A DNA stretch of 64,000 bases from Xylographa opegraphella (GCA_022813865.1 JALDZX010000009.1:372001-436000); one strand, 5' to 3'. Positions 29,819-42,067 are shown, counted from the first letter of the stretch. The notes: generated by a model not told the origin, from the sequence alone. Program-made: numbers and translations.

Positions 29819-30451
29819 TTATGCTCCCATCATGTCCTCCGACTCTGTCCCCAGCCATATCTCCGAATCTGTTGCCGACTCTGTTTCCGACTCTATTGCC
29901 GACTCTGTTTCCGACGATGTCTGCGACCCTGTATCCGTATGCTCTGACCCTGTCTCCGACTCTGACCCTGTCTCCGACTCTGACCCTGTCTCCGAATCTG
30001 ATCCTGTTTCCGACTCTGTATCCGGCTCAGGCTCTATCTCCATCTCCGTCTCCGTCTCCGACTCCGTCTCTTCCCCAGCCTCTGGATCCGCCACCACACC
30101 CAATACTTGCATCGGCATCAGCACATCCTCTGTATTCGGCGCCGCCCACGGGTTCCAGGTACTGCTGTAGCTATTCCTTCTACACGCCAGCGCAGTCCTG
30201 ATGCGTGAGGTAGGGTCAGAGCCACCTTTGTCCTCCGCGAGGAGGTAGTCCTTGGCCGAGCGCGCTTGCTCGTATGTGGGGAAATCGGGTATGTGCGTCG
30301 CCACGGCGAGCTTGTCCGGATGGGTTTGGAGATTCACGGGCCGCCAAGCGCGACAAATGGATGCTACGGTTATAACACCATCTACCGGATTGAGACCGAG
30401 TGCGTCGAAGAGATCGAACTGCAAGTCTGGGCGAGAGGGTATGCCGGGCAT
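29819..30451 (-). CDS. Small divergent J-domain-like protein with an acidic Ser/Glu/Thr repeat tail
   Basis: DLFDALGL...ICRAWRPVNLQTHPDK...AKDYL fits the DnaJ helix I-HPD-helix III layout; ATG in CCACCATG context; (SESETG)n tail. Confidence 0.6.
   Translation of the reverse strand: MPGIPSRPDLQFDLFDALGLNPVDGVITVASICRAWRPVNLQTHPDKLAVATHIPDFPTYEQARSAKDYLLAEDKGGSDPTSRIRTALACRRNSYSSTWNPWAAPNTEDVLMPMQVLGVVADPEAGEETESETETEMEIEPEPDTESETGSDSETGSESETGSESETGSEHTDTGSQTSSETESAIESETESATDSEIWLGTESEDMMGA
29870..30070. repeat. 18-bp coding minisatellite and related 6/12-bp units
   Basis: About three copies of CTCTGACCCTGTCTCCGA, plus CCGACTCTGTTT and TCCGTC variants. Confidence 0.85.
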
Positions 30452-30544
30452 GGTGGGTTGGTGGAAGGGCGGGAAGGCGGGAGGGCTGCCTTGCGATAGA
30501 GGACTTGTTAGGCCGGAGATGGAGATGTGTGGAGAACGGAAGAG

Positions 30545-30587
30545 CTGAGCGGAAAGGAGGCACTGAGCGAAAGGAGGCACTGAGCGA
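30545..30587. repeat. 17-18-bp tandem repeat, about 2.5 copies
   Basis: CTGAGCG(G)AAAGGAGGCA units starting at 30545, 30563 and 30580. Confidence 0.8.
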
Positions 30588-31689
30588 GGAAACGTTTGCG
30601 TGGGCATGGATTTGAAGTGAGACTACAGAGGTTCTTCCAGCAGCGAACATAAGCCTTGCGAATCGAAACACACAAAAAACATTGTAAATCAGACAGGAGC
30701 ACGCGCATTGCACTATACACTCTTTCGCATCAACCAAAATAGCTAGCGCAGCATCTGAAACACACCCAAGGTTGAATGCATTATACGACAACCAGCGCAG
30801 ACCCTCCTTCCCACCCTCCCACTCCCCACAACAACAACCTCCCCTCTCCTACGCAATACCTCCCTCACATCCAAACCCCCCATCTCCCACCTCCCCCCCC
30901 CTCCCCTTATCGCCCATCCCTCCTCCCTCTCCTCCCCCTCCCCATCCAGCTCCCACCCTTCCTCCCCATGGGTTATCAATTTGCATCCCCACATCACGAC
31001 TCTCTACCCATGCGTTCCACCAGCACAGTTCTCTGATGAGGCCAGCATGACAATTATGTGTTCGTGAACGATATATTTGCACTAAGGTCGAGAGGGAGAG
31101 GGGAAAGTGGCGAGAGGGCTTGAGGGGAGGTTGGGGTGGTAGGTTTGAGGGGAAGTTGAGGTGGTAGGTTTGAGGAGGAGGAGGCTGGATGGGGGGGGAA
31201 GAGTTGAACGGAGAGGGCAGTATAACACGATAAAGGTCAGTTCCGGAAGCGACGGGCCGCAAGTGTGCGTGAGAAGCGGGTTGGCCCGGGAGAGTGAGCG
31301 TGAATGGGTGCAGATCCGGCAGGGCGGGCGTGCAGTGAAAAGTGTGAGATTTGGAAATAGACACTGCTGGGATGGGACAAAACACTGGTCATATGAGACG
31401 AAAACATGGAGTCTTGTTCGGAGAAAGAGCATCGAGAAATGACGGATCGATTATCTATCCCTAACCTTTACAGCAAAAGCCAGCGCTATGAAATACCTGC
31501 CACATGAACACCCTCGTGGGGTGGAACGCTCTGGTTCGCTTTGTGCAATCTCTGTTTACTAAGGACATCGGTACCTTCGACATGGGGCGTAGCCAAAGCA
31601 AGAAGCTCGTACACCGGATTATGCAGATTAAAGATGCTATGAAAAATGCAATTGATGTTGGTGAAGCAGCAAACGAAAAAAAAACGTCA

Positions 31690-34627
31690 CTACTTCTTGG
31701 GGCTGACCACCGTGGTGGGAGTGACGTCTTTCTGCTTCACCAGTTCCAGCACCGGAGCGCTGATCTGTTCCATGTGACGCGCAAGGTGAACCGTGAGTTT
31801 CTTCCAGTTGGCACACACGTTTCCGCAAAAACGACAAGGCTCTTCCGCGGTCGTCTTGTTGGTTTCCGCGCGACAGGAATCAACCATCCTTACGATTCTG
31901 TCCTGGGGAGAAACGTCGTCCGAGTCTCTCATGCTTTGGGACCTCATCTTCGCTGGACCTCGGATGGCCGGCCTATTCGGCTTGCTGGATTTCGCTCTTG
32001 GTTCCGGAAACTTGTGCTCCCGAACAAGATGTTGTACGAAATTATCGCGTCGATAGCATATGTGACTGCAGTCCTGCTCATTACATAACCACCACTCTAG
32101 CTGACGGTGTCTTTCGTTTTCGTGTCGGATCCAGTCTGCCTTTCGCTTGAACGATTTTGGTTCAGGGCAGCTCTCGAATGTACAGGTAAAAGGCTGAAGA
32201 TCTTCATGAACGTGTTTGGACCAGTCGGATGGCTTCTGGAAAACCTTGACTTGAAAACAGAATGGACACTCGAATTGGGCCGGAAGACGCTTCACAGGCG
32301 GTATGGGAAAAGCCTCGGGAAACTGGGCGGTGATGGCGGAAAAATCCGTAGTATCATCTCCATCTTCCTCCGTTTCACTGGGACCGACAACAGATGAAAC
32401 AGTAATAAACAAGGCTGGTGAGTCTTCCAGTGCTTTGAGTGGTATAGCTGACGAGTTCTGCGAAGTCTTGGTCGGAAGATACGTCGGTGTGCCACCTTGG
32501 TCGGCGCAATGGACGCCAGATTTGCAGTAGCCTAGTTGTTTCGACTGTGCATGTCTGATTTTGTATTCGACGAGTTTGCTGTATCTGCGCAACTGTTCCT
32601 GCCCGATCCGTTCGACAAGATAAGCCGCAATACGGGGATACACTTCTCGAATGTTTGATTTGAACCCTTCCAGAGTTGGAGCCGGAAGTCCTGCACGTGG
32701 TATGAAGCTTCCAGCCATATTTCTGTCATTTCCCATATCATCCGAGTCGGCCTCATCCTCGTCATCTGCAAATCTGGCGGTGGAAGCGCGCGACGGACCA
32801 GGATAGACCCCCGGATGCTTTACCTCGATGCGTCGTACCAATTGCGGAAATGAGGGACTTTCGTGCTGAGACCAAGGGGCGGGAAAATTAGGTCGCGACA
32901 TGTCTCGTGAAGGAGTCTGATACGACTTTCGATAGATATCCCGTGATAAGTTCTCCGTAATACTCGAGTTGGAGTTTGTTCTGCTACTGAATCCTGGTTC
33001 GTTGTACTGCAAGAGGTTATTTTGCCTCAGAGTGTCAGGACTGGGCTTCGGCAAGATGTGCGGGCGGTTCATCCTTGCCCCAGCCATTGCCGTTGTTGCA
33101 ATAACTCGCCCTGACGGTTGAATTCCCATGCTTTCCTTTCGTACAGGGTAAGGATAATTTCCTTGCTGTGCTTTGTGCAAACTGTCGTCTCTAGATTGGG
33201 CCAGGAGATTTGGTGGCCTTGTCTGTACGATTGTCTTCTGCTCTGAGCTGCTTTTCTCGCTTCTGACTAGAAACTCCTCGGCTACATCTCTGATCTGGCG
33301 GATCAAATCGGTTCTTCGGTCGTTAGGAAGATGATTTTTGCTGATTGAGAGTCTGGGTAGGAAGCCGGACGGTCCGAAGAGTCGTTCCATGTCTTCATCG
33401 CTAATACGCTGGCTGTCTGTCTCCCAAGTAGCTGCTCGTGACACCGCATCACCGTCTGCTACGCGTCGACTAAAGCGAGCCATTGCTGCGTTGGATGTTA
33501 TAGGTTGACGTGGTACGTCGTTCCGAGATGGAAGATAGATTGGGTCTGCCCATGGAAAGGCTTCTTGTGATGCAGACTCCACTTCGGAAAACCTAACCAA
33601 TGCTTCGTCCATATGATCGACATGAGCCGGCGGAGAATCAGAGTAAGGTATATCTTCGGCAAAAGCTGAGCTTCCTCCGTCAACACGTTCCTCAGCCAGC
33701 CTGGTCCCCTTGCCTAGAGACCGTGTTTGTGGTCCGCCATCCACACTTTGTAGGCCATCGGCTATATCAATGGTACCAGAGTCCTCTAGAGTTGTGCGGC
33801 GGCTTTCAGTATCAGGATCATACAATGTTGTAGGTGATGTGATATCCAGAGGACTTTCGTCACACGTCTCGAGCCATTTCACAACTTCGGCGTTTGCAGC
33901 ATTCGCCACAGACTCCTCGTCTTGAGCCTTCAAAGTCATCAAAACTTCATCTCTGATAGCGTCTCTTCGTGTAGGATCAAGGCCGATGCGAGGGTGTGGT
34001 CCTTCATCATCAACACTGTCATACGTTATGCGCGAGGCGTTCTCGACTACTTCCGTCGGACGCTCGGAACTGCGATGATGAACCATGGAACCATTACGAC
34101 TACGCTTTCTGCTAGGATGGGAGACATCCAATCTCTCCAGCTCCGGCGCTGGGGAAATCAGCTCCAGATGGTGATGGTCACGTACGGCCGGCGCGCTCAA
34201 GAATTCATAGTGCAAAGATTCCGGCGTCGTACGTTTCCGTTCTATCTTCTGGATATCAGAAGAGATGTTTAGAACTCTTTCCGATGGAAAAGATAACGAT
34301 AACGCTTCATCCTGAACGAGTTGAGAACTATATCGTGATCAGTTCTATCGAACATCAATAATAGCGTCCCACTTACAGATTCAGGTCCGCCAACTGCAGA
34401 AGACCTTGTTCTCTGTAGAGGAGTGATTGCCATGGGAATGTTGCTTTAGGCCCCGATATATTGATGGTACGCGTGAAGACACATTTCTTGCCAGCGCCAG
34501 TACAGGTCATACAACTTTCATCGCTTTCTTGAAGGACACATTTATGATTTCCGACTTGGCAAGCTTCGCAACGCGAGGACGATCGGAATTGTGCAAAGTC
34601 CCCATGGAGGGCAACTTCGTCGGCCAT
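31690..34627 (-). CDS. Transcription factor with an N-terminal Zn(II)2Cys6-like cluster and C-terminal C2H2 zinc fingers
   Basis: Exon 1 (34627-34377) has CEACQVGNHKCVLQESDESCMTCTGAGKKC; intron 34376-34328 (GTAAGT...CTGAT...TAG) joins it in frame to the 841-aa ORF carrying CPFC..HVHED, CTFESC..HENERH, CNEQDC..HLVREH and CRFC..HLARH. Confidence 0.8.
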
Positions 34628-36653
34628 AGCTGGCGATGGGATCGCGTAAGCTGCAGCCGTTGTGGCGAGGGAGGACACACGGACGGCCTCGACAGCAAGG
34701 CTCGTTACAATCTCGAGGCGTTGCACTGCATGAAAAGTCGAAATGTCGATCCACCAACCTCCATTCCGACCTGAAGGAGGCTACTCGTCCTGATGAACAG
34801 CGTGTTCTGCGTACCTGTGTGGCAAGTCGGCGAAGGCTGGTAAATTGAGGTCGCTTGTCAAATTGCGAACACGCTAACGTCCGAAGATTTCTTGGTAAGC
34901 GTCCTCCGTTCAAGGCAAATTCATGGCGCCGTTCCGTTTTCTGTTCTAGCCCGGGCGAACTAGCAGCGGGGATTGCCGTTATCGACCTGCCTTGTTAGCC
35001 CCAAGGTGCATGCGCAAGCCCCCTAAACCCCCTGTCGAAGGCCCTCCGAGGCCTACCACGCGCCTGACTGCGGGGCCGGTCTCAACACAAGAACTTTAGG
35101 GGTCATCTAGCCCCCCTGCTTTGGTCCGATAACAACGAAGCACTATCGCCATATCGACCGCCGAGTCCTGATAGGATGGCTATGTCGAGAGCACGATTGT
35201 TGAGGTGTGGCGATCGAAATTGGATAACTTCCATCGTTGAATGCGCAATTACGGAGAACGACTGTATGGATTTTATTGTTGCGCATCTAATTGTTGAGAG
35301 GCGCTTTGCGTACGGGCTACTGTTGCGCCCATGTCCGGTTCGGTCGGCTAAGCGCGGCATCGTCGTCCACCAAGTACTCCGTACGGAGCACTTGATCACC
35401 ATCTTTCTGAGGCATTGTTGCAAATGCGACTACTCTAATGACCAGGAATTGGTCTCTTGTAGGCAATGGACTAAGACGCACATCCGCAAGGCGTGGTGTT
35501 CTACTTGATGTATTCAGGGCACCCATTATGCTGTTTGTCTCACCAACCAGAATTCTGCCTCAGTGAATAGCCTCGCAACCTCGCTTCGAACAAAACGACA
35601 GTTTCTCATCGCACTCCCGCGGTTCATTAGAACTGTTGGTTTTACTGCTATTTCCTGCAATGTCTTGTATCACCGGCATCCTATACACACTAGTCGCTGA
35701 CGTAGCGCTCATGGCTCGCCATCTGAGTAGTACGGACCTTCAACGTCACCACTGCCGTTTCGCCTGTGGACTCGGTCAATGCTTAGAATTCCTATGTAGT
35801 GCAATACATCAAAATCATACTTGTTAATTTCTCCCTATTTTCAACAAAGCCAATTGCTAATGATGCCATTTATACTCGTCATACACGTGTCCTCGAAATT
35901 AGCACGAGGATCGTTCTTCAAAGTTCCCCTGCTCAGCCCTTGATGATTATCTAGACCTCATAACCCTAAAATATTTCTAGCTGCGTATCGGCTAGCACCT
36001 GTAACTACGAGAGCCATGATCAAGCTGAGAATACCATGATCGAAATGAATTGCGAACAGAGACAGAATCATTGTAGGCGTTAAGGATTGGGAGGGGAAAA
36101 GGGAGCCCCGCAGCTAACGAGTCTGGAAGGGCAATGTTAAAGTTTATCCGCTCCGAAGCTTTGAAACTCGTCAACCACGTCTCTCAATGTGCAATATCAC
36201 AGCCTATAAAAGTTCTTAATTCGGTGTATAGGACGTGATTCCAGTCACAATCGTATACGACTCTACAGATCAACGGAATTCTCCCGGCTATCCCAAGCCG
36301 ACTGTTACCTTCGGAGAGACTACTCAGGTTCATTCTGTAGATGCGTTCGTTGTTGTGAATTAACCAAGCATTGCCCTGCTCGGCCGGGAAAGGAAGCTAT
36401 CAGCATGAATGACTCGGCCTCGGCCTCGGCCTCAGGAAGGCGCGAGCTCTCTTTCTCACTCAGTGACTGGCCAGGAGGACGCCCCCGGTCGTGACCGAAA
36501 TATGAGCTCATGAAAGTGGACAATGTCGAAGACGTCATCCTCGGCCCATCGAACATATACTCCTCAATTGACCGCAGCAGAACTCACAGATAATCAGTGG
36601 TTCCATCAATCTACCTGCACGTATTCCACAGTACAAAAGCCAATACCGCCACC

Positions 36654-37274
36654 ATGCCCGAACCGCTCCAGAAGTCCGAAATCGACAGCAAGACCGACCC
36701 CTCGGTGGCGAAGCAATATGACCACGACACCCCGAAGTCCGAGCAGATCGACGATTTCTACAAAACAGTCGACAAGTTGGGCGTCGGCCTCCTCACGACC
36801 ATGCGCCAGGGTCTCGGCCCCGTCTCCCGCTCCATGGCCATCGGCAAGCGGAACGGGCCCGATTTCCTCTTCATCGCGAACAAGCACTCGAAGAAGTTCT
36901 CCGACCTCGAGCACGACAATACGGTCGAGATCACGTTCCAGAACTCCAGCACCCAGGACTGGGTCAGCATCAGCGGCACCGCCACCACCGTCTCCAACGA
37001 GGACCCGCGCATCAAGGAGATCTACAACCCGGGCTTGAGCGCCTGGTTTGGCGATCTGGGGGACGGCGTTCATACCGGCACGGCCGAGGATCCGCGTATG
37101 TCGCTGATCGAGGTGCAGCCGAAGTACATCTCGTACTGGAAGAGCACCGTCACGACGTTGGGGTTCGTGAAGGAGGTGGGCTTGGGGGCTTTGACGGGAC
37201 AGGTGGCCAATACGGGGGTGCAGAGGGAATTCACGGAGGAGGATATCAAGCAGATGAGGCATACTCAGGGATAG
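36654..37274 (+). CDS. bli-3: Bli-3-like protein (pyridoxamine 5'-phosphate oxidase-like FMN-binding fold, general stress protein 26 family)
   Basis: GLLTT...VSRSMA, FIANKHSKKFSDL, DWVSISG, AWFGDLGDGVHTGTAEDPRMSLIEV and ALTGQVANTG; intronless. Confidence 0.85.
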   Translation: MPEPLQKSEIDSKTDPSVAKQYDHDTPKSEQIDDFYKTVDKLGVGLLTTMRQGLGPVSRSMAIGKRNGPDFLFIANKHSKKFSDLEHDNTVEITFQNSSTQDWVSISGTATTVSNEDPRIKEIYNPGLSAWFGDLGDGVHTGTAEDPRMSLIEVQPKYISYWKSTVTTLGFVKEVGLGALTGQVANTGVQREFTEEDIKQMRHTQG

Positions 37275-38595
37275 GAAGGAGACGAGCACTTTGGATGCCA
37301 ACTTTTTTTTTTTTTCAAAAAATGGAGACTCTGCTCCAACTAATATTTACCAGCACCTGCTGGATCATCGACATGGATATATGTCAATTCCAGCCCGAAA
37401 ATGAGCCAAAAAGAATGCTTTTCACGTTTGGTCTACTTTACTACCTGGCATCATGCGGGTGCAGAAATGAAGTAGAATCTGTAAAATGGTATGATAGGCA
37501 CTGGCTCACGAGCTTGATGACTTATTGAGGATTGTACAACTCTTCCCACCTATTTTACCTTATTCTATTCTGTGTCCTGGGTTATCTCTCGCCTTGTCAA
37601 ATTGTAAGTAGACAGTAGTTATGTTAATGTGAAGCACAATAGCAGCCCGCACGAGGGTTTCCGCAGTGAGTTACGTAAACTCAAAATATGTAGTTGTTAA
37701 TTTCAATATGATTTCTCGTAGATAATATTCGTTAAACAAGAGGGAAAGATGATGGTATAAAAAGTAATAAGAAAATGAGCTATAACATGGCCTTCGTCAT
37801 CAAGAATACCTGACGCTACCAATCGGTATGGTTGCAGCATGGCTCTTGGCAGGGCATACCGCACCACCGCACGCAAAATATAAAATTCAGTGGAGGACCA
37901 CTGCCAAGTAGGTTGCAAGGGAATGCCAATACGCAACTCACGTGAGGCGAAGATTCAGGACCTGTGGCAGAACATACCTGTAGATATGCACAGTATTCGA
38001 GTGGCACAATTTGGCTTGCAGCTTTGCTGTGGTACTGTACCAGCTTGTGCTCTGTACTAGGTCTTTTAATTCCTCTTCTCAGGCTCAGTGGTCAGATGGT
38101 AGTACTATACAGCCCTGCAAGAGTTTGCGCGTTCCCGTATTTGGCATTTGGTGCTATTTCCTATTGCACTCAACAGAGACTTATAGCGACGCACAAAAGC
38201 AGAGGTTCAAACTCAGTAGCAATCACAGGAGATGAAGTGCGTTCTCAGGATTAGAAGTTCGCGACCAGAGTCTGCTATGGTGAGTAGGCGGCAACTCTAC
38301 TGTATGGTATTTTACTCGGATCGTCCACCATCGTAATGTACTATGTCGAAAATAGGGATCAGAAGAGAGTCCTGGACGCCTTCCAATTGGCTTTGTGCTA
38401 CGCTAGTCTAAGTTGAGATTAGCATTGACTAGCGTGACTCCCTGAGCTTCGAGCTTTGTTTACTTACGGAAGGCTTCTTAGGTTTCATGATCAAGACTAT
38501 ATGTTTGTGCACAACAGTAACAGCGCCCGAAAAGCGGTGTATGTGGTTGCCAAAGAGGAGTCGGACGGTTGTCTATCTCCCACGCTCAACGCATC

Positions 38596-41500
38596 ATGGC
38601 TCAAACCAGCGGTTCCGGAACATCTTCGCCAGACCCTCTCGCAAGCTCATTCAACGAAACCGCAACATCAACGCATCCTCCTAAACCTATGCGCGCAGCA
38701 TTGATTACGCCGAAGAAGTCTGCGATGAAAGCTAACGGCAATATACGGCTGCAGGACTTCTACCTGACGACACCGCCCGCGGGCTTGCTACGAAACTCGT
38801 CGCCTACCAAATCGATTGCTCAGACCGAAAACCTCCTTAGTCCTTGGAGGATACATGTCACCGTTGAGGCCGAGAAAGACGAACCGAAGCACGGCAATCG
38901 CAGTCCATCGAAGTCTCCTACTAAGAAGGCGACTGCTCGCACGAAGACTACAACTATTCCTTTGAAGGGTGCCGACGACTCCTCACCAATGCAAGTCAAG
39001 AAGAGTCGGGGGAGGCCGCGAAAGTCGTTGCATACTAGGATAGCGACTCCTGGACCGAAGAAGTCTATGCAGTTGCGGAAGGACGCGGAAGCAGTGGATG
39101 ATAACCCCGTAGATATTTCCAGGCCAAAAGCTACTTCACCCAAGAAGGGGCGAGGAAGGCCAAGGAAAAGCTTGGATACCGCTTTACACAATGGTGACAT
39201 ATTCACAGACCTAGCTGCGGAGCTTCAGGCTACTGCTGGCTCAACACCTGCAGTCGCGCCGCGGTTGTCACAGTCGCCGAAGCGCACAAAACCAAAGGGC
39301 AGGAGAAATGCTTTAACTCCCAGAAAGAGTGTCATTGAGTCGGATACAAGTATGACTAATCACAAAGTTCCGGATGCTGGGGATGAAGCGACAGCAGAAG
39401 AGCATATATTGGAAGTTCAAATGTCAGATCCACCGGTGTCTTTGTCAGCAAACGACGAAGCGAATAAGAGCAAGACACATCACGACCCAACTAACGACCA
39501 TCAGGAATTTGATTCCATAATGGAAAGTGAAGGATTCAGTATGGTTTCTGTATCTTCGTTGCCATCCGCTCAACAACGTCTCGTCACATTACCAGAACAG
39601 CGTGAGCCCACTACGGACATTTCAGTCCATGCGATGTATCGATCAAGAACATCGAACACGCAGACCGCAGTCCTCGACCCACCTCGCGCTGTCATCGTTG
39701 AGGCCTCAGCGCTGCCCGCATCGTCGTTGGCGTCATTTTCTAGACTCAAGGACAATTTAAATGCTGCTATTCAAAGCCGCCCTCAACCTTCGCCCTCGGA
39801 GGTCGATAATTCATCAAGACTCTATCAAATAATACACCAGCGGACCCCCAGTGAGGTACTGTCATCACCTGCGCTGCCTGCACCTCCGCAGCCTTTACCG
39901 CACACCCACTTGCCAACAGCGGAACCGAAAACAGCGGAACCGAAGCCAGCTGGTGCTACTCCGAAGCTTGCTCGTGTTGTCCGGGCTGGTATTGCCTTGC
40001 AGGGAGTTCTCAATCCTGTTGGCCAGGACGCAAAGAAAGAACCACCAAAGAGTCGGCAAATACAACCTATTACAGGCAAGACATCGCCCAAGGATCGCCT
40101 TGATGATCTCTTCAGCGGCTTCGGGGCCGGCACGCGGCGGGAACTGCGAGCAGGACTCCGACTTGGAGAACAACTTGCGAAACGGCAGCACGTTGCGGCG
40201 CAGGCTGCTGCCATGTCACAGAATGCTACAGATGATGTCTTGCAGGAAACGACCGAGCTTGGACGCCCTAGATCTTCTTCTCCACAAGACACAAGTGACT
40301 ATTCACTCACGGCGCCAGGAGTGACACATCCACTGCAATATCCGCCTCTGCCTAATCCTCAACTTCCCAGTCCTGAGGGTAGTGAGATGGTCAATGAAGA
40401 TGACGCCATGAGCTGGAAAGCAGACATCCCTGACAAGCAGGAACTTACTCACATCGGTAGTGAACTGGCGACCTTCTCCTCACCATTACCAGGGAAACCC
40501 AGTCCGATGATGATAGCCCGAGAAGCCGAATGGCAAAGGGAAAGAGAAGCCGTGAGCAGACAAGTCGAGGAAGCTAATAGCAGCCAAGTCATCATTATTG
40601 ACAATTCTTCTACCGACGGTGATGATGAAACACCGGCCGATGATGACGAGGACGCAATAGAACATTCGCCGCCGAAAGCTGGCGAAGAGACCATTGATAT
40701 TTGGCAGTGCGAAGCACAACAATCTTCCCAAGTCCAGATTGTAGGAAAATGTGACGGTTCTGAACTGCAATTCCCTGAGGAATTCGTGAGACCGCGGCGA
40801 AGCAAGTTGCCCAGTCCATGGAGGCGAAACAAGCAGGTGGTCTATAGCGATGATCCGATCCCTGTAGAGACATCTGTGGCGTGGCACCAGGACCTCAAGC
40901 ATACAGTAACTCCACAGGAATCCGTTCGGCGGAAGCGAGTGAGATATGATGCCGCTGATTATTCTGTCCTTTCCGAATTCATTGGTCAACCTGATGATGA
41001 GTCCTCACAAATGTTCGATGAAGACCATTCGATGGATGAGATCGAGGAAGACAGCCCCTCGAAGAAAATTCAGGCGTCGAAAATACTATCACATGCGCAA
41101 TACCCTCAAAAGAGGTTGGGTGATATCGCAAACAACCAGACTCTCGGGCGTAAGAAGGTCAAGTCGAAGAAGTCATCTGCACCACCTGCTGCGAAACACA
41201 ACTCAACGCATACGTCGGATTTCCAGAAAGAGAATGATCTGAGAGAAGAAGCTTCTCCATGTCTCCAACCACCTCCAAAGACCTGGCTAAGCCGCATCAC
41301 GAGCTTTGTGCCTAGACTCCAAGATCTCATACCCACAATTTCATCAACTGCGATATTGCCCACAATAACCTCATCAAAGTCTGAACCCACCTATTCCGCT
41401 AGGAATCCTGGTCCACTCAACCAGAAAGAATCTATATCGGTGTATCAGCCGTGGACGGTACCTCATTACCGTGCTCTGAAGCCACTGTACCTCGCGGCCA

Positions 41501-41856
41501 AAAGGGACAAGAAGCTCTATCCATACAACCCACATAGTCCATCGGCATGGCTTCTTGGGCGTGATATCTTTAGCCTAGGGTGGAAGAAGGTTATTGAAAA
41601 GTGGGAGCTCGGAGTGGTGGATGCATTTCTGGATATGCTGGACGTATATGGCGTGAATGACGGCGAACTCGACAAAGACGGAAATGTCAGAGCGTTGATC
41701 GACGAGCGCGAGGTGATCAATCGAGTCTTTAGTCTTTGGGTTGGGGAAGTACAGAGGCAGGAAACGTCTGTGGGCAACGGTACCGTGGGTATCTTCGATC
41801 CAAGACATGAATGGCGGAAGCCCGCTGTGCTCAAGGCTGCTGCCGAAGGGAGATAG
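38596..41856 (+). CDS. Large, mostly disordered AT-hook protein (intronless)
   Basis: ORF of about 1086 aa; two AT-hooks (KKSRGRPRKS and KKGRGRPRKS); motifs SPWRIHVTVEAE, GTRRELRAGLRLGEQLA and EAEWQREREAVSRQ. Confidence 0.8.
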   Translation: MAQTSGSGTSSPDPLASSFNETATSTHPPKPMRAALITPKKSAMKANGNIRLQDFYLTTPPAGLLRNSSPTKSIAQTENLLSPWRIHVTVEAEKDEPKHGNRSPSKSPTKKATARTKTTTIPLKGADDSSPMQVKKSRGRPRKSLHTRIATPGPKKSMQLRKDAEAVDDNPVDISRPKATSPKKGRGRPRKSLDTALHNGDIFTDLAAELQATAGSTPAVAPRLSQSPKRTKPKGRRNALTPRKSVIESDTSMTNHKVPDAGDEATAEEHILEVQMSDPPVSLSANDEANKSKTHHDPTNDHQEFDSIMESEGFSMVSVSSLPSAQQRLVTLPEQREPTTDISVHAMYRSRTSNTQTAVLDPPRAVIVEASALPASSLASFSRLKDNLNAAIQSRPQPSPSEVDNSSRLYQIIHQRTPSEVLSSPALPAPPQPLPHTHLPTAEPKTAEPKPAGATPKLARVVRAGIALQGVLNPVGQDAKKEPPKSRQIQPITGKTSPKDRLDDLFSGFGAGTRRELRAGLRLGEQLAKRQHVAAQAAAMSQNATDDVLQETTELGRPRSSSPQDTSDYSLTAPGVTHPLQYPPLPNPQLPSPEGSEMVNEDDAMSWKADIPDKQELTHIGSELATFSSPLPGKPSPMMIAREAEWQREREAVSRQVEEANSSQVIIIDNSSTDGDDETPADDDEDAIEHSPPKAGEETIDIWQCEAQQSSQVQIVGKCDGSELQFPEEFVRPRRSKLPSPWRRNKQVVYSDDPIPVETSVAWHQDLKHTVTPQESVRRKRVRYDAADYSVLSEFIGQPDDESSQMFDEDHSMDEIEEDSPSKKIQASKILSHAQYPQKRLGDIANNQTLGRKKVKSKKSSAPPAAKHNSTHTSDFQKENDLREEASPCLQPPPKTWLSRITSFVPRLQDLIPTISSTAILPTITSSKSEPTYSARNPGPLNQKESISVYQPWTVPHYRALKPLYLAAKRDKKLYPYNPHSPSAWLLGRDIFSLGWKKVIEKWELGVVDAFLDMLDVYGVNDGELDKDGNVRALIDEREVINRVFSLWVGEVQRQETSVGNGTVGIFDPRHEWRKPAVLKAAAEGR

Positions 41857-42067
41857 ATATTGTTTCGGAATTGTTTTGGGATTCCTGTACGAAGCGTGCA
41901 TTTGGAAGCATGCGTTCGAGTAATTCTTTAGCGGTTGGGTATTGGAACTTTGGGTATATGGACAGGACGAAAAGTTCGGTAGGACTGACGAGATGTATGA
42001 ATGCAAGACCGATTGTTGTTACAGAAGTGAAGCACTGTTCTTCCTCATCCTTGCCATGTTTTGTACT

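Noticed and set aside
29832..30170. Plus-strand SD-repeat ORF resembling bacterial adhesins
   Set aside because: It is the antisense shadow of the SE/TG repeat in the J-domain gene, with no ATG start or signal peptide.
37700..38300. Hydrophobic short ORFs between bli-3 and the AT-hook gene
   Set aside because: Non-ATG starts, no motifs and no convincing splice model.
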